A DNA stretch of 64,000 bases from Rhizaria sp. SCN 62-66. Lineage: Eukaryota. The notes under the pieces were generated by a model. It searched no databases, had not been told where the DNA came from, and saw nothing but the letters and a program-made list of their open reading frames with translations. The DNA is taken from the NCBI GenBank assembly GCA_001724265.1, contig MEDY01000150.1, positions 1-64,000 on the forward strand. Direction: 5' to 3'. This document shows, in pieces, positions 13,044 through 26,140 of this stretch. The position numbers and the translations under genes were made by a program. Position 1 is the first letter of the stretch, and every line of letters starts with the position of its first letter.

Positions 13044-15629
13044 ATGTCTACCCAAAAGTAGATGGCGAACCGCATGAAGGCGAAGGGCCTTCAGAAGCTG
13101 CGTTGGTTCTGCCAGATGTGTCAGAAGCAGTGCCGCGACAAGAACGGCTTCGACTCGCACAACAGCAGTGAAAGTCACGTGCGTCAAATGGCGCTCTTCC
13201 GCGAGGATGCCGCCGGCATGGCTGAGACGTTCTCGCGCCAGTTCGAGGCCGCCTTCATGGACGTCTTGCGGCGCCGCGGCCGCGTGAGCGTCGAGGCCAA
13301 CTTGCTCTACCAGGACATGATCAGCGACCGCGAGCACGTGCACATGACCGCCACCAAGTGGGACTCGCTGACCACGTTCGTGCAATACCTCGGCCAGACG
13401 GGCCGCGCGGAGACGACCTATGTGCCTGAAAAGGGCTGGTTCGTGCGCTACGTCGAGACGGACGCGGCCGCGGTGCAGCGCCGCAAAGCTGGCGAGCTTG
13501 CGCAGTCGTCGGTGCGCAGCGCGGAGGAGCTCGCGCAGATGCAGCTCGAGGCGCAGCTCGCGCGCGCTCGCGCCGCCGCGGCCCTTGACGGCGGCTCTGC
13601 TGCTACTGCTGCTGCGGCGGCGGTGGACGCGGAGAGCGGGCCCGTGTCGACGCAGCTGGGCTCGCGTGAAGGCGCTGCCAAGATCTCACTGTCGCTTAAC
13701 CGCACTTCCAATAGCGCTCTTAATGCCAACTCTGCAAGCACTGCGAACGCGGTGGTGTCTGCGCCCCCAGGGGTCAATCTGCCTCCTGGCATTAGTGCTC
13801 CGCGGGGAGTTAGCGCGCCGCCCGGAGTGTCTGCGCCGCCCGGCATTATTGCGCCGCCCGGTGTATCTGCGCCTCCTGGTGTAACTGCACCTCCTGGAGT
13901 GGCCACTCCTCCTGGCGCCGCTGTGACCGCGCCGCCCGGTGTCACCGCGCCGCCCGGTGTCACCGCGCCGCCCGGAGTCACTGTCCCGCCAGGTATCAGT
14001 GCATCGTCCGGTGTGGCTGCGCCGCCTGGAGTCGCTGCGCCGCCTGGGGTGGCTGTGGCCGTGCGTCCGATGCCTCCCGGCGTGTCTGCACCTGCCGGCG
14101 CCAGCGCGACTGCGGTTGTGCCTGCCGGTCCTGTGCGGCCGCCCTCCGCCGCTGCCGCTGCCACTGCTGGTGGTGGTGTTGCTGCTGCGCAGCGCCCCGC
14201 GTTTGCGTCACCAGCCGTCGTGACTGCAGCATCGGCGGCGCGCAACCGCTCGGTTGCCTCCGTCTTTGGCGGCGACGGCGACGACGACGATGACGACAGT
14301 CTGGCTGCTGCCGCGGCAGCTGCGGCGGCGAAGCGCAAGATGAGTGCCGTTGAACTCGTGATGCAGCGCGACCGTGAGCGCGAGGAGAAGGAAAAGGCCG
14401 AAAAAGCCGCCGCTGCCGCTGCTGCTGCTGCCGCTGCTGCTGTCGTGGAAAAGGCGCAGCATCAGCAACAACAAGAACAGCTTAAGAAAGAGCAGATGGA
14501 GAAGCAGCGTGTTGAGAATGAGCGGCTTGAGAAACAGCGTCTTGACAAGGAACGTAATGACCGTGAGCGGGCTGACCGTGAGCGCAGTGAAAAGGAACGC
14601 AATGACCGTGAGCGGCTTGAGAAGGAACGTGCTCACCGTGACCGTGAGCGCAGTGACCGTGAGCAGCAATGCCTCAGCACGAGTGATGATGTGACACAGG
14701 TTCGCTCTCGTCCCAAGCTTGCAAGTGCGAGCGCTGACAGCGCAGTGACATCGACAACGACTGCAGAATCCTCCGTACAGCTGCCTTTGCCCCCAGCATC
14801 CGTGCCTGCGACGGCCACTGGCGCTGCGCCCGCGACAGACGCTGCGCCCGCGACTGTGGCCGACACTGTGACTGCGAGCGGCATTGCGACTGCGAGCGAC
14901 GCTGCGACCGCGACTGTGCGCGCCGCCGACAAGGACGCCGCGCTGGCCGCCCTGCTCGCGGCCGGCTCGGACGCGTGGCCAGTGCCGGGGATTGTCGTCA
15001 AGATCCTATCGCGCTCGCTGGCGGGCGGTGCGCTGTACAAGACTAAGGCCGTCGTGCTTTCACTCGCTCTCATCAACAACACCAACAATGAACACACTCA
15101 GGATGGCAAGGCCGACGCAGTTGTTGCTTTGGTGGCCCCGCTGGCCCCGCGCCCACGCATCGATGACCCTTCCGCGCGCGCCGCTGCCGTTTCCGCCGCC
15201 GCGGCCGCCGCCGCCGCTTTGTGGCTGTCTCCGTCCGGCGAGGTTCTGGTCGCCGCCGTGGCGCTGGACCGGCTGGAAACCGTGATCCCCGCTCTTGGCG
15301 GCGCCGTGGCCGTGGTGGCGGGCAGGCACAGCGCGGGCCGCCGCGAGACAGCCTCTGCGCTCACTCCCACCGTGCTCCGTCTGCCCCCGCAAAGCGACCG
15401 TGAGCGCGGGCAAAGCAACTGTGCGCCGCCGCGAGGCGGTGCGGAGATGCCGCCGTGCGTTGTGCGCGCAGTGCTGACGTCAGCAGATCTTGACCGGGGT
15501 GTGGCGACCGTGCGCATCGACAACAACACCGGTAGCAACAGCGGTGGCAACGCGGCTGAATCTGTGACGGTGACGGTGGGGTTCGATGACGTGTGCAAGA
15601 TCGCCACTGCGAGTGACCGGGAGCAGTAA
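13044..15629 (+). CDS. KIN17: KIN17 DNA/RNA-binding zinc-finger protein, with an in-frame TAG at codon 6
   Basis: ANRMKAKGLQKLRWFCQMCQKQCRDKNGF..H..SESH zinc finger, HVHMTATKWDSLTTFVQYLG winged helix, C-terminal W..PGIVVKI..YKTKAVV..LETVIP KOW-like region. Upstream ATG 13044 gives MSTQK*MANRMK, matching the family TPKxIANRxK. Ends TAA. Confidence 0.93.
13761..14097 (+). repeat. Degenerate 18-bp coding tandem repeat, (S/T/A)APPG(V/I), more than a dozen copies inside KIN17
   Basis: Repeated gcgccgcccggtgtcacc-like units that translate as APPGVS/APPGVT/APPGVA. Confidence 0.85.
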
Positions 15630-15873
15630 GCTCACCGCTACGCAAATCATGAATCATAATGCTATAATTTAAGCATTTAACGTTACTTATCTGAACAAAA
15701 CAACTCTTATTTAAAATCGCATTCAGTCGAACTGCGAATCTTGTCATACAAAAAAAGACACTTTATTGAAAGGAACATCGCTGGCCCTGAGACAATCAGG
15801 GCTTTGTAGAAGTTTAGTCGTAAGTAACAATGATGGAATTGGAAGCATGCAGTCAACGTGAGGTGAGAGTTAT

Positions 15874-16603
15874 TCAGCGTGCAGCAGCCACCGGCGGCAA
15901 CGTCACAGCCCCAGACCCCGCGCTCCCGGCGCTCGAGCCCATAGCAGAACTGCCACCGTTGGCACTGGCGCCGACATTGGAGCCGCGGCGGCCAACAGCG
16001 CCTTGCTGCTGTTGCTGCTGCTGCTGCTGTGCGTTGTTGCCGTTGCTACCTCTCGCGCTGGCGTGGGTATTGGCATGCGCGTTGTCGTAGCGCGTGGCAA
16101 GGAACGTCGACATGAAGCCTCCGCCGCGGCCGGGGCCCGGTGCCGCGTCTGCTGCAGCCACCGCCGCACCACCGTCGACCGCGGCCGTGTCGTCGCTCGC
16201 GCTGACAATCACCTCACCAGCGCTGTTGTGGATGTTCTGCGTGGTGTTGACGTACGCGCGGTCCGCCTCCCAGAGCGAGCCGGAGAACTCGCCCGCGCGC
16301 CCCGGACGCCCGCGCACTGACACGGGTGCGCCGGCCGCACCCTCCGCCGGGTGATTGAGCTCGGAGTAAGCGCCTGAAGCAAACTTATCGCTGAAACCGC
16401 GCTCCCAAGCGCCGGCGCGCGGGCCCTGGGACTGCGACTGCAATTGTGAGGGGCCGGACTTTGCGCTGGAGCCGGAAACGGAGCTAGAAGAGGTGCTACC
16501 GCGGCGAGCAGTGCCAACAGTCGGCGTGCTGTTGCTGTTGCTGTTGCTGCCAGCAGGCAGAGGCTGCGTCTGTCCCTTCTCGTCAGCGTCATACTGCTGC
16601 TGC

Positions 16604-16639
<36 letters not shown>

Positions 16640-18588
16640 CCGCTGGAGCCGCCGGCCGCGGCGGGCGCAGTGGCCCGCAGCCGCGCCTGTAGCTGCGCGT
16701 TGGCCTTGGTTTTGAGGTCGCGCTCGATCTGCGCCAGCGCCTCGGCAGACAGCGACTCGATGCGGTCGATAGACTCGGTCGGCAGCGCGCCGATCGCTTC
16801 GCACGCGGCGACACGGCCCGCAGCGCCCTGCAACCGGCGCGCGCGCGTCTCGTGCACCTGCCGCAGCCTCGCGATGGTGCGCCCCGCCGCCGCCAGCGCA
16901 GCCGCTTCCTCCCGCGCGCGCGCCTCGTCCGCGGCGACCTTGGCCTTGATCTGCGCCTCCCGGTGCTCGGCAGCCCGGCGCGCGCGCTCCACGGCCTCGG
17001 CCCTCAGCGCGCGCACGAACGCCTCCTCGCCGGCGCGGACAGCGGCCTCCTCAGCGCGCTCGGCGGCGGCGGCGGCGCGCCGGTCCTCGGCCTCTTGGCG
17101 GCGCCGCTCGCCCTCTTGCAGGCGCTCGGCCTCGATCCGCGCCGCCTCGCTCTGCACGGCGGCGCGGTGCTCGGCCTTGGCGCGCTCGCGCTCGCGCAGC
17201 TCCTCCGCGGCGGCGGCGCGGGCGGCGGCCGCGGCGGCAACACGCGCGGCGGCCTCGGCCTCACGCTCCTCGAGCTGCTTGGTGCGGGCGGCAAGGTTCT
17301 GCGCTTCCTCGCGGGCGATTGCCTTGAGCGCCTCGGTCTGCGCCGTGCCGCGCTCGCGCCGCGCGGTGACGCCGCCGGAGCGCGCGCCCTCGGCCTCGCG
17401 CCGCTTGGCCGCCGCCAGCGCCTCGCGCTCCTCGACGACAATGTGCCGCACAGCGACGGCCTGCTCGCGTGCCTTGGTTAGCGCCTCGTGGCGCTCCCGC
17501 GCAAGCCGCTCGCGCGCGGCGAGCATCGACCCAAAGCGCTCGACGTCCTGGCGCTGCTTCTCCTCGCGCCGCGCAAGCGCGTCGGCCTCGGCAGCATTAC
17601 GCGCGCGCCACGTCGCCTCTCGGTCCCATTGCGCGCGCGCCGCGTGGAGCCGAATCTCGTCGACCTTGCGCGCCATCGCAGCGCGGGAGAAGGCAGTCTG
17701 CTCCTCGCGCGCGATCGCGCCGCGGCGCAGCCGGTGCTCAGCCAGCACGGCTTCTTCAGCAGCAGAACCACGCACGCGGCGCGGGGAGCCGGACTCGCCT
17801 TGCTGCGACTGCTGCTGGGGGTTTGCTGCGTTGGCGGCGTTGGCGGGGTGCGCGGCGTCGCGGATGACGACCTGCCGCAGCATGGGGTCGCGCGTCTTTG
17901 CCACGAGCGCGCGGCGGTGCTCGACGCGGAGCGCGGCCTCATCCTCGCGCAGCTTCGCGGCGAGCTGCTCGGCGGCGGCGCGCTCGCGAGCGGCGTCAGC
18001 CGCAATGCGCAGGCGTGTGGCGACCTCGGCCTTGAGGGCCAGCTCCTCCTCGCGCAGTGCGGCGCGCTCGGCGGCAACGAGCGCAGCCGCGGACACGCGC
18101 GGGGGCGAGCCGCCGCCGCCGCCGCCGCCGCCGGAGATCTTGGAGGGGAGGCGGGCGGAGCGGCCGCCGCGGGCGCTGACCGGTCCAGAGTCGCCGCTGT
18201 TGTTACTGCTTGCGGGCGGGCGGGAGAGCTCTTCAGCGAGCTTGCGCTGCAAGCGGCTGTGCGTGGCCTGGACGTTGGCGAGGGTGGAACGGCGGAAGAG
18301 CTCGTACTGGCGCTGCGCGGCCTCGGCGGCGGCGGGCGGGCGGCCTGCGAGCGTTGGTAAGGCTGTGAAGTATGAGAGAGGACGGCGCAGGAGATCGTTG
18401 GGGTTCACGCCTAGCTCTGCGCATGCCTCGGCGGAGAGCGGAGTAAGCGCGCGCGGAGGGATGTCGGGCAGCAGGTCGTTGAAGACGGACGGGTTGATCG
18501 AGATGCCGTCCGTGCGCAGGGGATCTGAGCCGCCGCGAGAACCAGAGCCCGCACCGGAGCCAGCACCGGAAGACATGGATGAGCTCAT
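15874..18588 (-). CDS. Ala/Glu/Arg-rich coiled-coil protein of unknown function
   Basis: Long ORF with GC-rich codon bias from ATG 18588 (MSSSMSS) to TGA 15874. Short N-terminal motif PLSAEACAELGVNPNDL followed by long charged helical segments. Confidence 0.7.
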
Positions 18589-19853
18589 GCGACAAGCACG
18601 GTCACCAGGTGTAAGGAACAGCCACGCAGACAGATGTGAGCAACGCCTTAATACGTCTCGGTGATGTGTGAGGCTCAGAATGCGCTCGATTAAAGTGGAA
18701 GTGGGCTGTTTCTCAACTGTGAGGCGACAAGGTAGGAAAATGATATGTAAGCGGCATACAAACAAGATTATAAGTGTAAAATAAAGCATTCTAATAAATT
18801 CAGCAACCGCTCCTCTTATAATACACCACATTCCTCTGTTTATGATCATGTGCGGTTGATAAGGCTATTGAAAACTGAGCTTCCTGGAGAGAAACTGCTG
18901 CTCCGCGGTCTGCTCGTGTCAATGTGTCAATCTTGGTACAAAATCAACATGATTGAACTATTAACTGATAGAAGTCAAGATATTATCTGAATATGCCATA
19001 TGCGATGACATAAGATGTTTTAAAATGCGCATTTATTGATCCCACAAATCATATTGTTGCGCCTGTGAGACTTCATAGTCAATATCTCTCCATGCATTCT
19101 TCCTATCTTCGATACATTGGGCGATATCGTGAGTAAAATGGATCGTTTAATAGTGCAACCAGCACAGCAGTAAGCTTGGACGACAAGCCATTCACGACAC
19201 AGCAAGTAATACTCGTAGTGAGCCAACTCAAGGATGCTCCCACGTCTTTTGTGTTCTGAGGAGTGATCGATTAACATGGCCGATGAGTATCTTCTCCACG
19301 CAGATCAGCTGATACAATGCACAGCACCATGGTGTCATGTCAGCATCAAATTCCAGTATCAATGGTACCATGCAGCAACGGGAATAGTCGCCCTGACATC
19401 ATTTAGCACATCGCACAGTTGCAAAAAAGTTGGATGTTCGAGTCTGCAGTGCAACTCGTTGGGCCTCAACAAGAAATCGTCTAGCTCACAAGCAAGATAA
19501 GCCGCCATCAGTAAACGACAAATATGTAATCGACAAGTATCACAAGTGGTGACAGATAACCCACCCGCGCTTCACAGAACCGAGCTTTACCCCGCGTTTG
19601 ATCTCTGTTTGGAGTGTGTCAGCCGAGACCGTTTGGCCGCACCACACAACCGCCTTCGAAAGTCTGCCGAACTTGAGTGATCAGTATGTATCACGATGTT
19701 CGTCGACAAGGTTGCAATTGATTTCATAGGGTTCTATAGCGCTTCTGCACACACCCTTCTTTTACTGTTCCAGTTTGAGGCAAAACTTACCTCACGATCT
19801 CTCATTTCTTCCTCCCCACGCATTCATGCCTTGCCCTGCGCCTCCAGGGTCAC

Positions 19854-20238
19854 ATGTCGGCTCCCAGCACCACTGGCTCCCCCGCTGCGTTCCTGCGCAT
19901 GATCATCGGGCGTCCCGTCATTATCAAGCTTAACTCTGGTGTTATCTACAAGGGCGTCCTTGCGTGCCTCGATGGTCCGTGTCTCTTCTTTCCCCTCCTT
20001 GCCTCCATCAACACCGTCGTCGCAACAATCACCTCCAACTCACATCATCCTCTTTGTTTCCCTTTTCTCCGCAACCCCCTGATCACCCCCCACAGGCAAC
20101 ATGAATGTTGCGCTTGAGCAGACTGAGGAGTACGTTGACGGTCAGCTGACTGCGCAGTACAACGACGCATTCATTCGTGGCAACAACGTCCTCTACATTA
20201 CGCTTCAGAAGAAGAAGAAGGCTGCCGCCGCCGCGTAA
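19854..20238 (+). CDS. LSM6: U6 snRNA-associated Sm-like protein LSm6 (exons 19854-19974, 20096-20238)
   Basis: PAAFLRMIIGRPVIIKLNSGVIYKGVLACLDG|NMNVALEQTEEYVDGQLTAQYNDAFIRGNNVLYI; intron GTCCGT..CACAG; ends TAA. Confidence 0.93.
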
Positions 20239-20781
20239 AGAAACACGTACTCTCAACGGACGTGTTCACAATGGCTGTGCAAAGAGAAGACTGACGCTGA
20301 TGAGTCGCCGCGCTCAGACACATCGACGAGAGCATTCCAAGTGCGACGTAGGTGACATTGAAGATGTTGTGTTCCTGGCAAACGTTGATGCGACCAGGCT
20401 TCGTTATATGAAGCTGGCGAGTCACTGTTGCTATGTTAGGCATAACGATCTGACTCCCACAGCCTCTGTCTTTGGCAGTGTCTGAAATCCTCACCAGTCT
20501 AGAGATGGCGTGTTGCCAATGAGTCTTTGCGAAACGCACACACATGTACAAAGCTGTATTATTAAGAATACTTACACTAAATACGTTAGATATTACTACT
20601 CATATGATAATATTAGTCCGTAAACTACTTTACAAACAAAACAAATCTCAAAAACACAGAATCAAAAAAATCTTCACACAAATACACAAAACAACATTAA
20701 ACATCATCGCTCGAGGCGGGCATGTGAGGCTGAACAGCTTTTTGAACTTGGAACTCAAGATGCTCTAAACTGGCACTGAGT

Positions 20782-23216
20782 TCACTCATGTTGTTGCAGC
20801 TGTTGTTGTTGCTGCATCTGTTGCTGCTGTTGCATTTGTTGCTGTTGCTGTTGTTGCTGTTGAGCAAGCTGCTGGGCGCGCTGCTGCTGCGCCCTGAACG
20901 CCTCGAGCTGTTCCTCGGCGGTGTCCCTATTGGGCGGCAGCCCGCATTGCAGCACATAGCACAGCACGTCGGTCAATGACACGACGCCCTCGATCCCGTT
21001 GCGCGGTCCCACCACGATCACCTGGTGTTTCTCCCACACCAGCAGCTTCTTACACACTCCCAGCAGAGACTCGTCGCGCGACACGACGGGCAGCGCGCGG
21101 GACGCGGGGGCGCGCGCCGCGGCCTCCACGGCGGCCGCGTCGGTCCCCATGGCGGCCGCGGTCAGCACCGCCGCTGAGAGCGCGGCCTCGGCCTCGCCAG
21201 GGTCCGCACTGGAGGTCGCGGTCGCGGTCGGGGGATGAATGGGACCAAAGACGAGGTCACCGACGGTCATGTTGTCCATAGACTCACCGCCAACAAGGGC
21301 GCCGTCCGCGATACGGCGGATGTCGGCGCGCGCAAGGGCTCCGAGCACCATGCGGCCCAATACACCGGTTTTATTCTTGCCCGCAGCATCGTCAGCGTTA
21401 TTCGTGTCGTTGTTGATATTACTGTTCAGCCTGCAAGTCATTGTCGACGACGATGACGACGCAGCGCACGCGTCATTCTCCTTTTGCTCCTTGCTGCCCG
21501 CGCCCGCGCCCGCGACCGCGCCCGCGACTCTGTCGGCCCACTTGCCCGCGATGATCGGCAGCGCCGACACACGGCGCAGATGCAGCAGCGCCAGCGCCTC
21601 GCGCAGGGGCGTGTCGACACACACGTAGTACACGCCGGGGCCGAAGACGCCGACGCCCGCGAGACGCACGGTTAGCCTGGCAGCGGCGTGCAAAGACGGC
21701 AGCTGCAGCGGCGCAGGCAGCTGCGCCTAAAGAGTGCGACATCAATTCGCAAAATTAGATAAAAAGGATATCACATTTTGAGTTAAAAATAAAAACACAA
21801 CTATAAAACACAAACCTTAGCGTGATAACATGGAATTGTGATGATAAAATAAGACCCTGCTCATTTTAAAAAGCATTTAGGTGATATTGCATTGTTCAAG
21901 CCGTACCTGGTCAGCGACCGCAAGACCCCCCAGCAGTTTCTCCCCGGCCGGCACAGTGCCGCCGGCGGCCTCCCTCTGCCCCGCGGCCGCAGCCTCCGCC
22001 GTGCGCCGCAGCAGCGCCGCGAGGATGCGGTGCTGCGTCAGAACCGAAAGCACTGTATTGGGCAGCGCGGGCGTGACGACGGCGAGGCGGTGCACACGGT
22101 AGGCGAGCAGTGAGCGGACGGCCTCGATCACGGTCGCCTCGGGGGGCGCGCAGAGCAGGCGCGCGATGCTCGATCCGCGGTCGCGCAGCAGCGCCTGCCA
22201 GCGCGCGATCGGCAGCCGCCCGATGTCTACAGCGCCCGCCAGCGGGGACGCCGCGGCGTCGGCGCTCGCGGCGGCGGCGGCCGCAGCGGCCTCGACGGCG
22301 GCCGTTGCGGCGGCGCGGGCGGTGACTGCGGCCTCGGCCTCGGAGCCGGACTCGGCGTGCTTGGCGGCGGCCTCGGCGGCCTCGGCGGTGCGCGCGGCCT
22401 CGGCCGCGGCGGCCGCGGTGGCGATGACGTCCTGGCGAGCTGTGTGCGCGAGCATTGTCATGCGGAGAACGTCGGTGATGGAGAGCATGCCCACAAAGGC
22501 GCCCAGGGAACGATCCCAGACGGGGCCGCAGTTGACGGCGTTGGCCACCAGTGCCTGGAACGCGTGCCGTACCTGTGAAAAAGGCAAGAAGCAGAAAAGT
22601 GGACAAGACAACGCCGAGTCGTCGGATATGAGTGCATGTTAGTGAAGACAATTTTGTAGACAAACCATATATCTGGAGTATTTCAGTGTATCATCGAAGA
22701 AATACGATGTTTAAGCGACGTACTTGAAGGTCCGTGTCAAAGACAATGACCTTGCCTGACTGAGGGATGAAGTCAAACACGCGCAGCGTCTGCATCAGAT
22801 GCAGCAGCAGCGCGCGGAACGCCTGGGCCGGCTCTAACACGGGTGCAGCAGGCGCCGCGGCGACAGCGTTCCCTGCAAGGCTGCTGCTGCTGCTGCTGTT
22901 TGTGGTGGCGGTGGCGGTGGAGGAGTGGGAGTGGGGATGGGAGGCGTCGACTGAGGGCGGCTCCGAGACGCTACTAGCGTGCGCAGCCAAGGCGGGCGAC
23001 GCGGCGGCTGATAGTGACGAGGCGGGGGCGGGGGCGTGGTGCGGCGACGCTGCGGTGCTCGCCGTGTTGCTGTGCTGCTGCTGTTGCTGCTGATACTGGT
23101 ACTGCGCCTGCGCCTGCGCCTGAGCGTAAGCTTGCGCCTGTGCCTGTTGCTGTTGGGCGTGGGCGTCGCCGTGCTGACTGTTGGGATCATAGCCATAGCC
23201 ATGCTGCTGCTGGTAC

Positions 23217-23248
<32 letters not shown>

Positions 23249-23551
23249 TTGTTGATACGCCTGCTGCTGTTGCTGCTGCAGCGGCTGGTGGTGCTGCTGG
23301 TGCGGCGAGCTCGCGGGGTAGTACGACGAATCAGTCGCGTCGTCATCGTACCCGTACCGCGCCGCCGCGGCAGCGGAAGAGCCGGACACTGCACCGCTGC
23401 CACCGTCATGTGCGTGGTGCTCTGCGTGCGCGGAGCGCGAGTCGTGCGCGTCGTGGGCGACGGGAGAATGGGCAGGGTGGGGGCCGAGGGAGGCGGCGGG
23501 GACGTAGCCGCCGGCCTGTGCAGCGGCCGCCAAATAAGCCTCGTGGTCCAT
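20782..23551 (-). CDS. CBS-domain protein, AMPK/SNF1 gamma subunit-like (exons 23551-22724, 22572-21907, 21726-20782)
   Basis: FDFIPQSGKVIVFDTDLQ|VRHAFQALVANAVNCGPVWD..FVGMLSITD, YRVHRLAVV, RRVSALPII, HQVIVV..GVVSLTDVL match four CBS repeats. Phase-0 GTACG..AG introns; ends TGA. Confidence 0.85.
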
Positions 23552-23953
23552 TAACTCCGCGCTAAGGCAAGGTCGTGCCGTGGCAAATCTGTGGCTGTCG
23601 ACTTAGTTTTACGCGCAGAGGTTAGTCGGTCCTTGTTGAGTGATTCGTAAAGGTAAAGTCCGATCTTGCCAGAGAGAGGATGGGCGAAAGAGGTGGGTCT
23701 GATAGACCGTAAAGGAAAGAATCGTAAGATATGGAGTTAAAGTATAATACAGAAGCGACTTGTTCAGGATCAAAACAAAGCATTGTGTGAGCCAATGACG
23801 ATCAGCACAACTATATAACTCATCTTCGTACTCACCTTGGCTGGAGCCCAGATTGGGGTGGCGACCGACAGCTCGACAGGTCTCGCAAAGTGGGCAATCA
23901 AGAACAAGGCCAAGCGAGCGACATCGATCGTCGAAGGCCACTCAGAACTCGTA

Positions 23954-25457
23954 ATGTCAGACGACATTGCACAGGTACGTTCTCTTTTAAATTGTATCTT
24001 TCAACGTCGTCGTTATGTCTTCCAAAGCCTGCCCTCTTTTGCCACGACTCCCGAAGCTGTCTCTCCGCTCACCCACTTCCCTCCCTCCATACCATGCTCC
24101 CGCAGATCACCGACTTTCTCTGGGTTGGCGCGCGCTCCGCCGCGCAAGACCGCGGCCGGTTGCAGGCTCTGGGCATCACGCATATCGTCAACGTCACCGA
24201 TGAAGTACGCAACTACCATGCCGCGCCCCCCGCATCGACTCTCACTGCGAACTCCGCATCAATCGCAGCAGAGCCGCCCTCGCCGTTCACGTACCTCCGC
24301 GTGCCCGTGACGGACACGGCGACGGCCTCGCTTACCGGGCTGCTCCCCGCCGCAGTCGCGTTTATCCACTGCGCGGTCGCGCGCCACGAAGGCGTTCTGG
24401 TGCACTGCCAGCTCGGCGTCTCGCGTTCGGCCGCCGTCGTCCTCGCGTACCTCATCCAGGCTGCCGGGCTTTCTCTGAAGGACGCATACACGCACCTCAA
24501 GCTGCGCAGGGCGGTCGCGAAGCCGCGGCCTAACTTCCTGAAGGAGCTCATGGCGCTGGACGCCGCCGCCGCCGCTGCGTCCGCCGCGGCCTACAAAGCT
24601 CGGGTCGCGAAATCAACCTTAACACCTGGCAATGCTACCGCGCCTGCCGCTGCGACTGCCGCTGCGCCTGGGGCGACTTCTGGTGCTGGCAAGACGGAGA
24701 CTGCTGCGGCAGCCGCAGCCGGAGCCGGATCGGCAGCAGCATCAACAGCCTCAGCAGCGTCAGTGCCAGCGACGACGACAGCCACGGCGGGAGGCTATGC
24801 GCCGGTGCATGTGCCTGCTGAGGCGTTGCGCTCCGCCGCGTCGCTCTCAGTGCCTCAGGGCAGCGGCAGCAGCAGCACCTACAGCGCGCACTACGGCTTT
24901 GGTGGCGGCGGCGAGAGCGGGGACTGCGAGGACCGGGATTCGGGACCGCCGCCGTATGCGCCGCGCCGGTCACTAGAGGCGTTCCAGGCTGATCTCTGCC
25001 GCAGTCTACACAAGAACAGTCTTAGCAGCAGCAGCAGCAGTTTCAGTCATAGTTCCCGGGCTGGCAGCGGCAGTAGTCTCCCGGGAGTCGCGCCCAACGC
25101 AGAGTCTCACCTCGCTGTGGGCAGCTGCCGCGGTGCGGTTGAGACCGAGAATGCGGCTGTGCCGACTAAGAGCAGCGCAGTCGTGCGCCCTTTGCGGGGC
25201 GTCACGTGCGAGGACGTCACGGACTGTGTCGCCGACGCGACAAACGCAGACTCTCACACCGAGGGTACCCGTCGCTCGGCTGTGGCTGCGGCCGACAGCA
25301 CCACGACAGTGAGCCCAGTGCGCTCGTCTGAGCCCGTGAACAACAACAACAACAATAGCAGGGGCAGTAACGGCAAAGTGACTGTGGGCCGGGTCACGCT
25401 CTGCGGCCGGCCGAAGCGGCGCCTCCCAAGCGCAGCTGACAGCGACTGCGACGGCAT

Positions 25458-25488
<31 letters not shown>

Positions 25489-25725
25489 AGTCAGTGTGGC
25501 GATGGCAATGGCAACCGCAGTGCCAGGGGAACAGTCACTGTGGAGCTTCTGCCCGCCGGCTCTGACGACAGCTCGACCAGCAGCAGCAACAAGAGTGATG
25601 GCAACGTCTCGCATCCGCATGTCACTGAAGCGCATGCACGGCTCACTGCGGCGTTATCAGAGGCGAGTTTAGACGAAGTTATCACGTCGCCCAAGAGTGT
25701 TGTTGCATCCAAAAGCACTAACTAA
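23954..25725 (+). CDS. Dual-specificity protein phosphatase with low-complexity C-terminal tail (exons 23954-23974, 24106-25725)
   Basis: ITDFLWVG..GITHIVNV..YLRVPVTD..VLVHCQLGVSRSAAVVLAYL..KPRPNFLKEL contains the HCxxGxSRS motif; intron GTACGT..CGCAG; ends TAA. Confidence 0.9.
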
Positions 25726-26140
25726 GATCCCTGTCTAACGCAAAGTGCGTTTAAAGTGACACTTACCCCCAAAAGTGCGATTGTACTACGCAGGCACACT
25801 GGCGAACATGACCGCATCAGGCCGCGTATTACGACTTGATATATAGTAAATCAAGTTCAATAATTTACAATAGCGAACGTATATCTAGTTTAAGCAACAT
25901 TAGTCATGTCAAAAATACAATTGTTTCCTTCAGATCGCTCCTTTTGCCCCGCTCCAGCCACAATCCAGATTTGCCGAGCACATGTAACCAAGCAGCCGGT
26001 CAAGAGACATGCTTGCTGCAGTGTTATTGAATTAGAAGCCTCGTCGTGCACATAGTTTTATCAACAACACGCTAGAAATGCAACTTTTCTAACGTATTAT
26101 TAAAATAATCTTTCTCGAAACCCCATTTTGCCCTGCAGAT

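Noticed and set aside
14520-14665. Recurrent gaccgtgagcg units that superficially resemble a spaced repeat array
   Set aside because: They are in-frame coding repeats (DRER) inside KIN17 with no unique spacers; not CRISPR.
18589-18849. N-terminal extensions in the ORF track (also 23890, 34465, 41571, 55094)
   Set aside because: They run through AT-rich upstream or intronic sequence from alternative or spurious starts; downstream ATGs or spliced first exons fit better.
18900-19700. Short ORFs in the spacer between the coiled-coil gene and LSM6, possibly a transposon remnant
   Set aside because: No terminal repeats, transposase or reverse transcriptase motifs, or coding bias seen.
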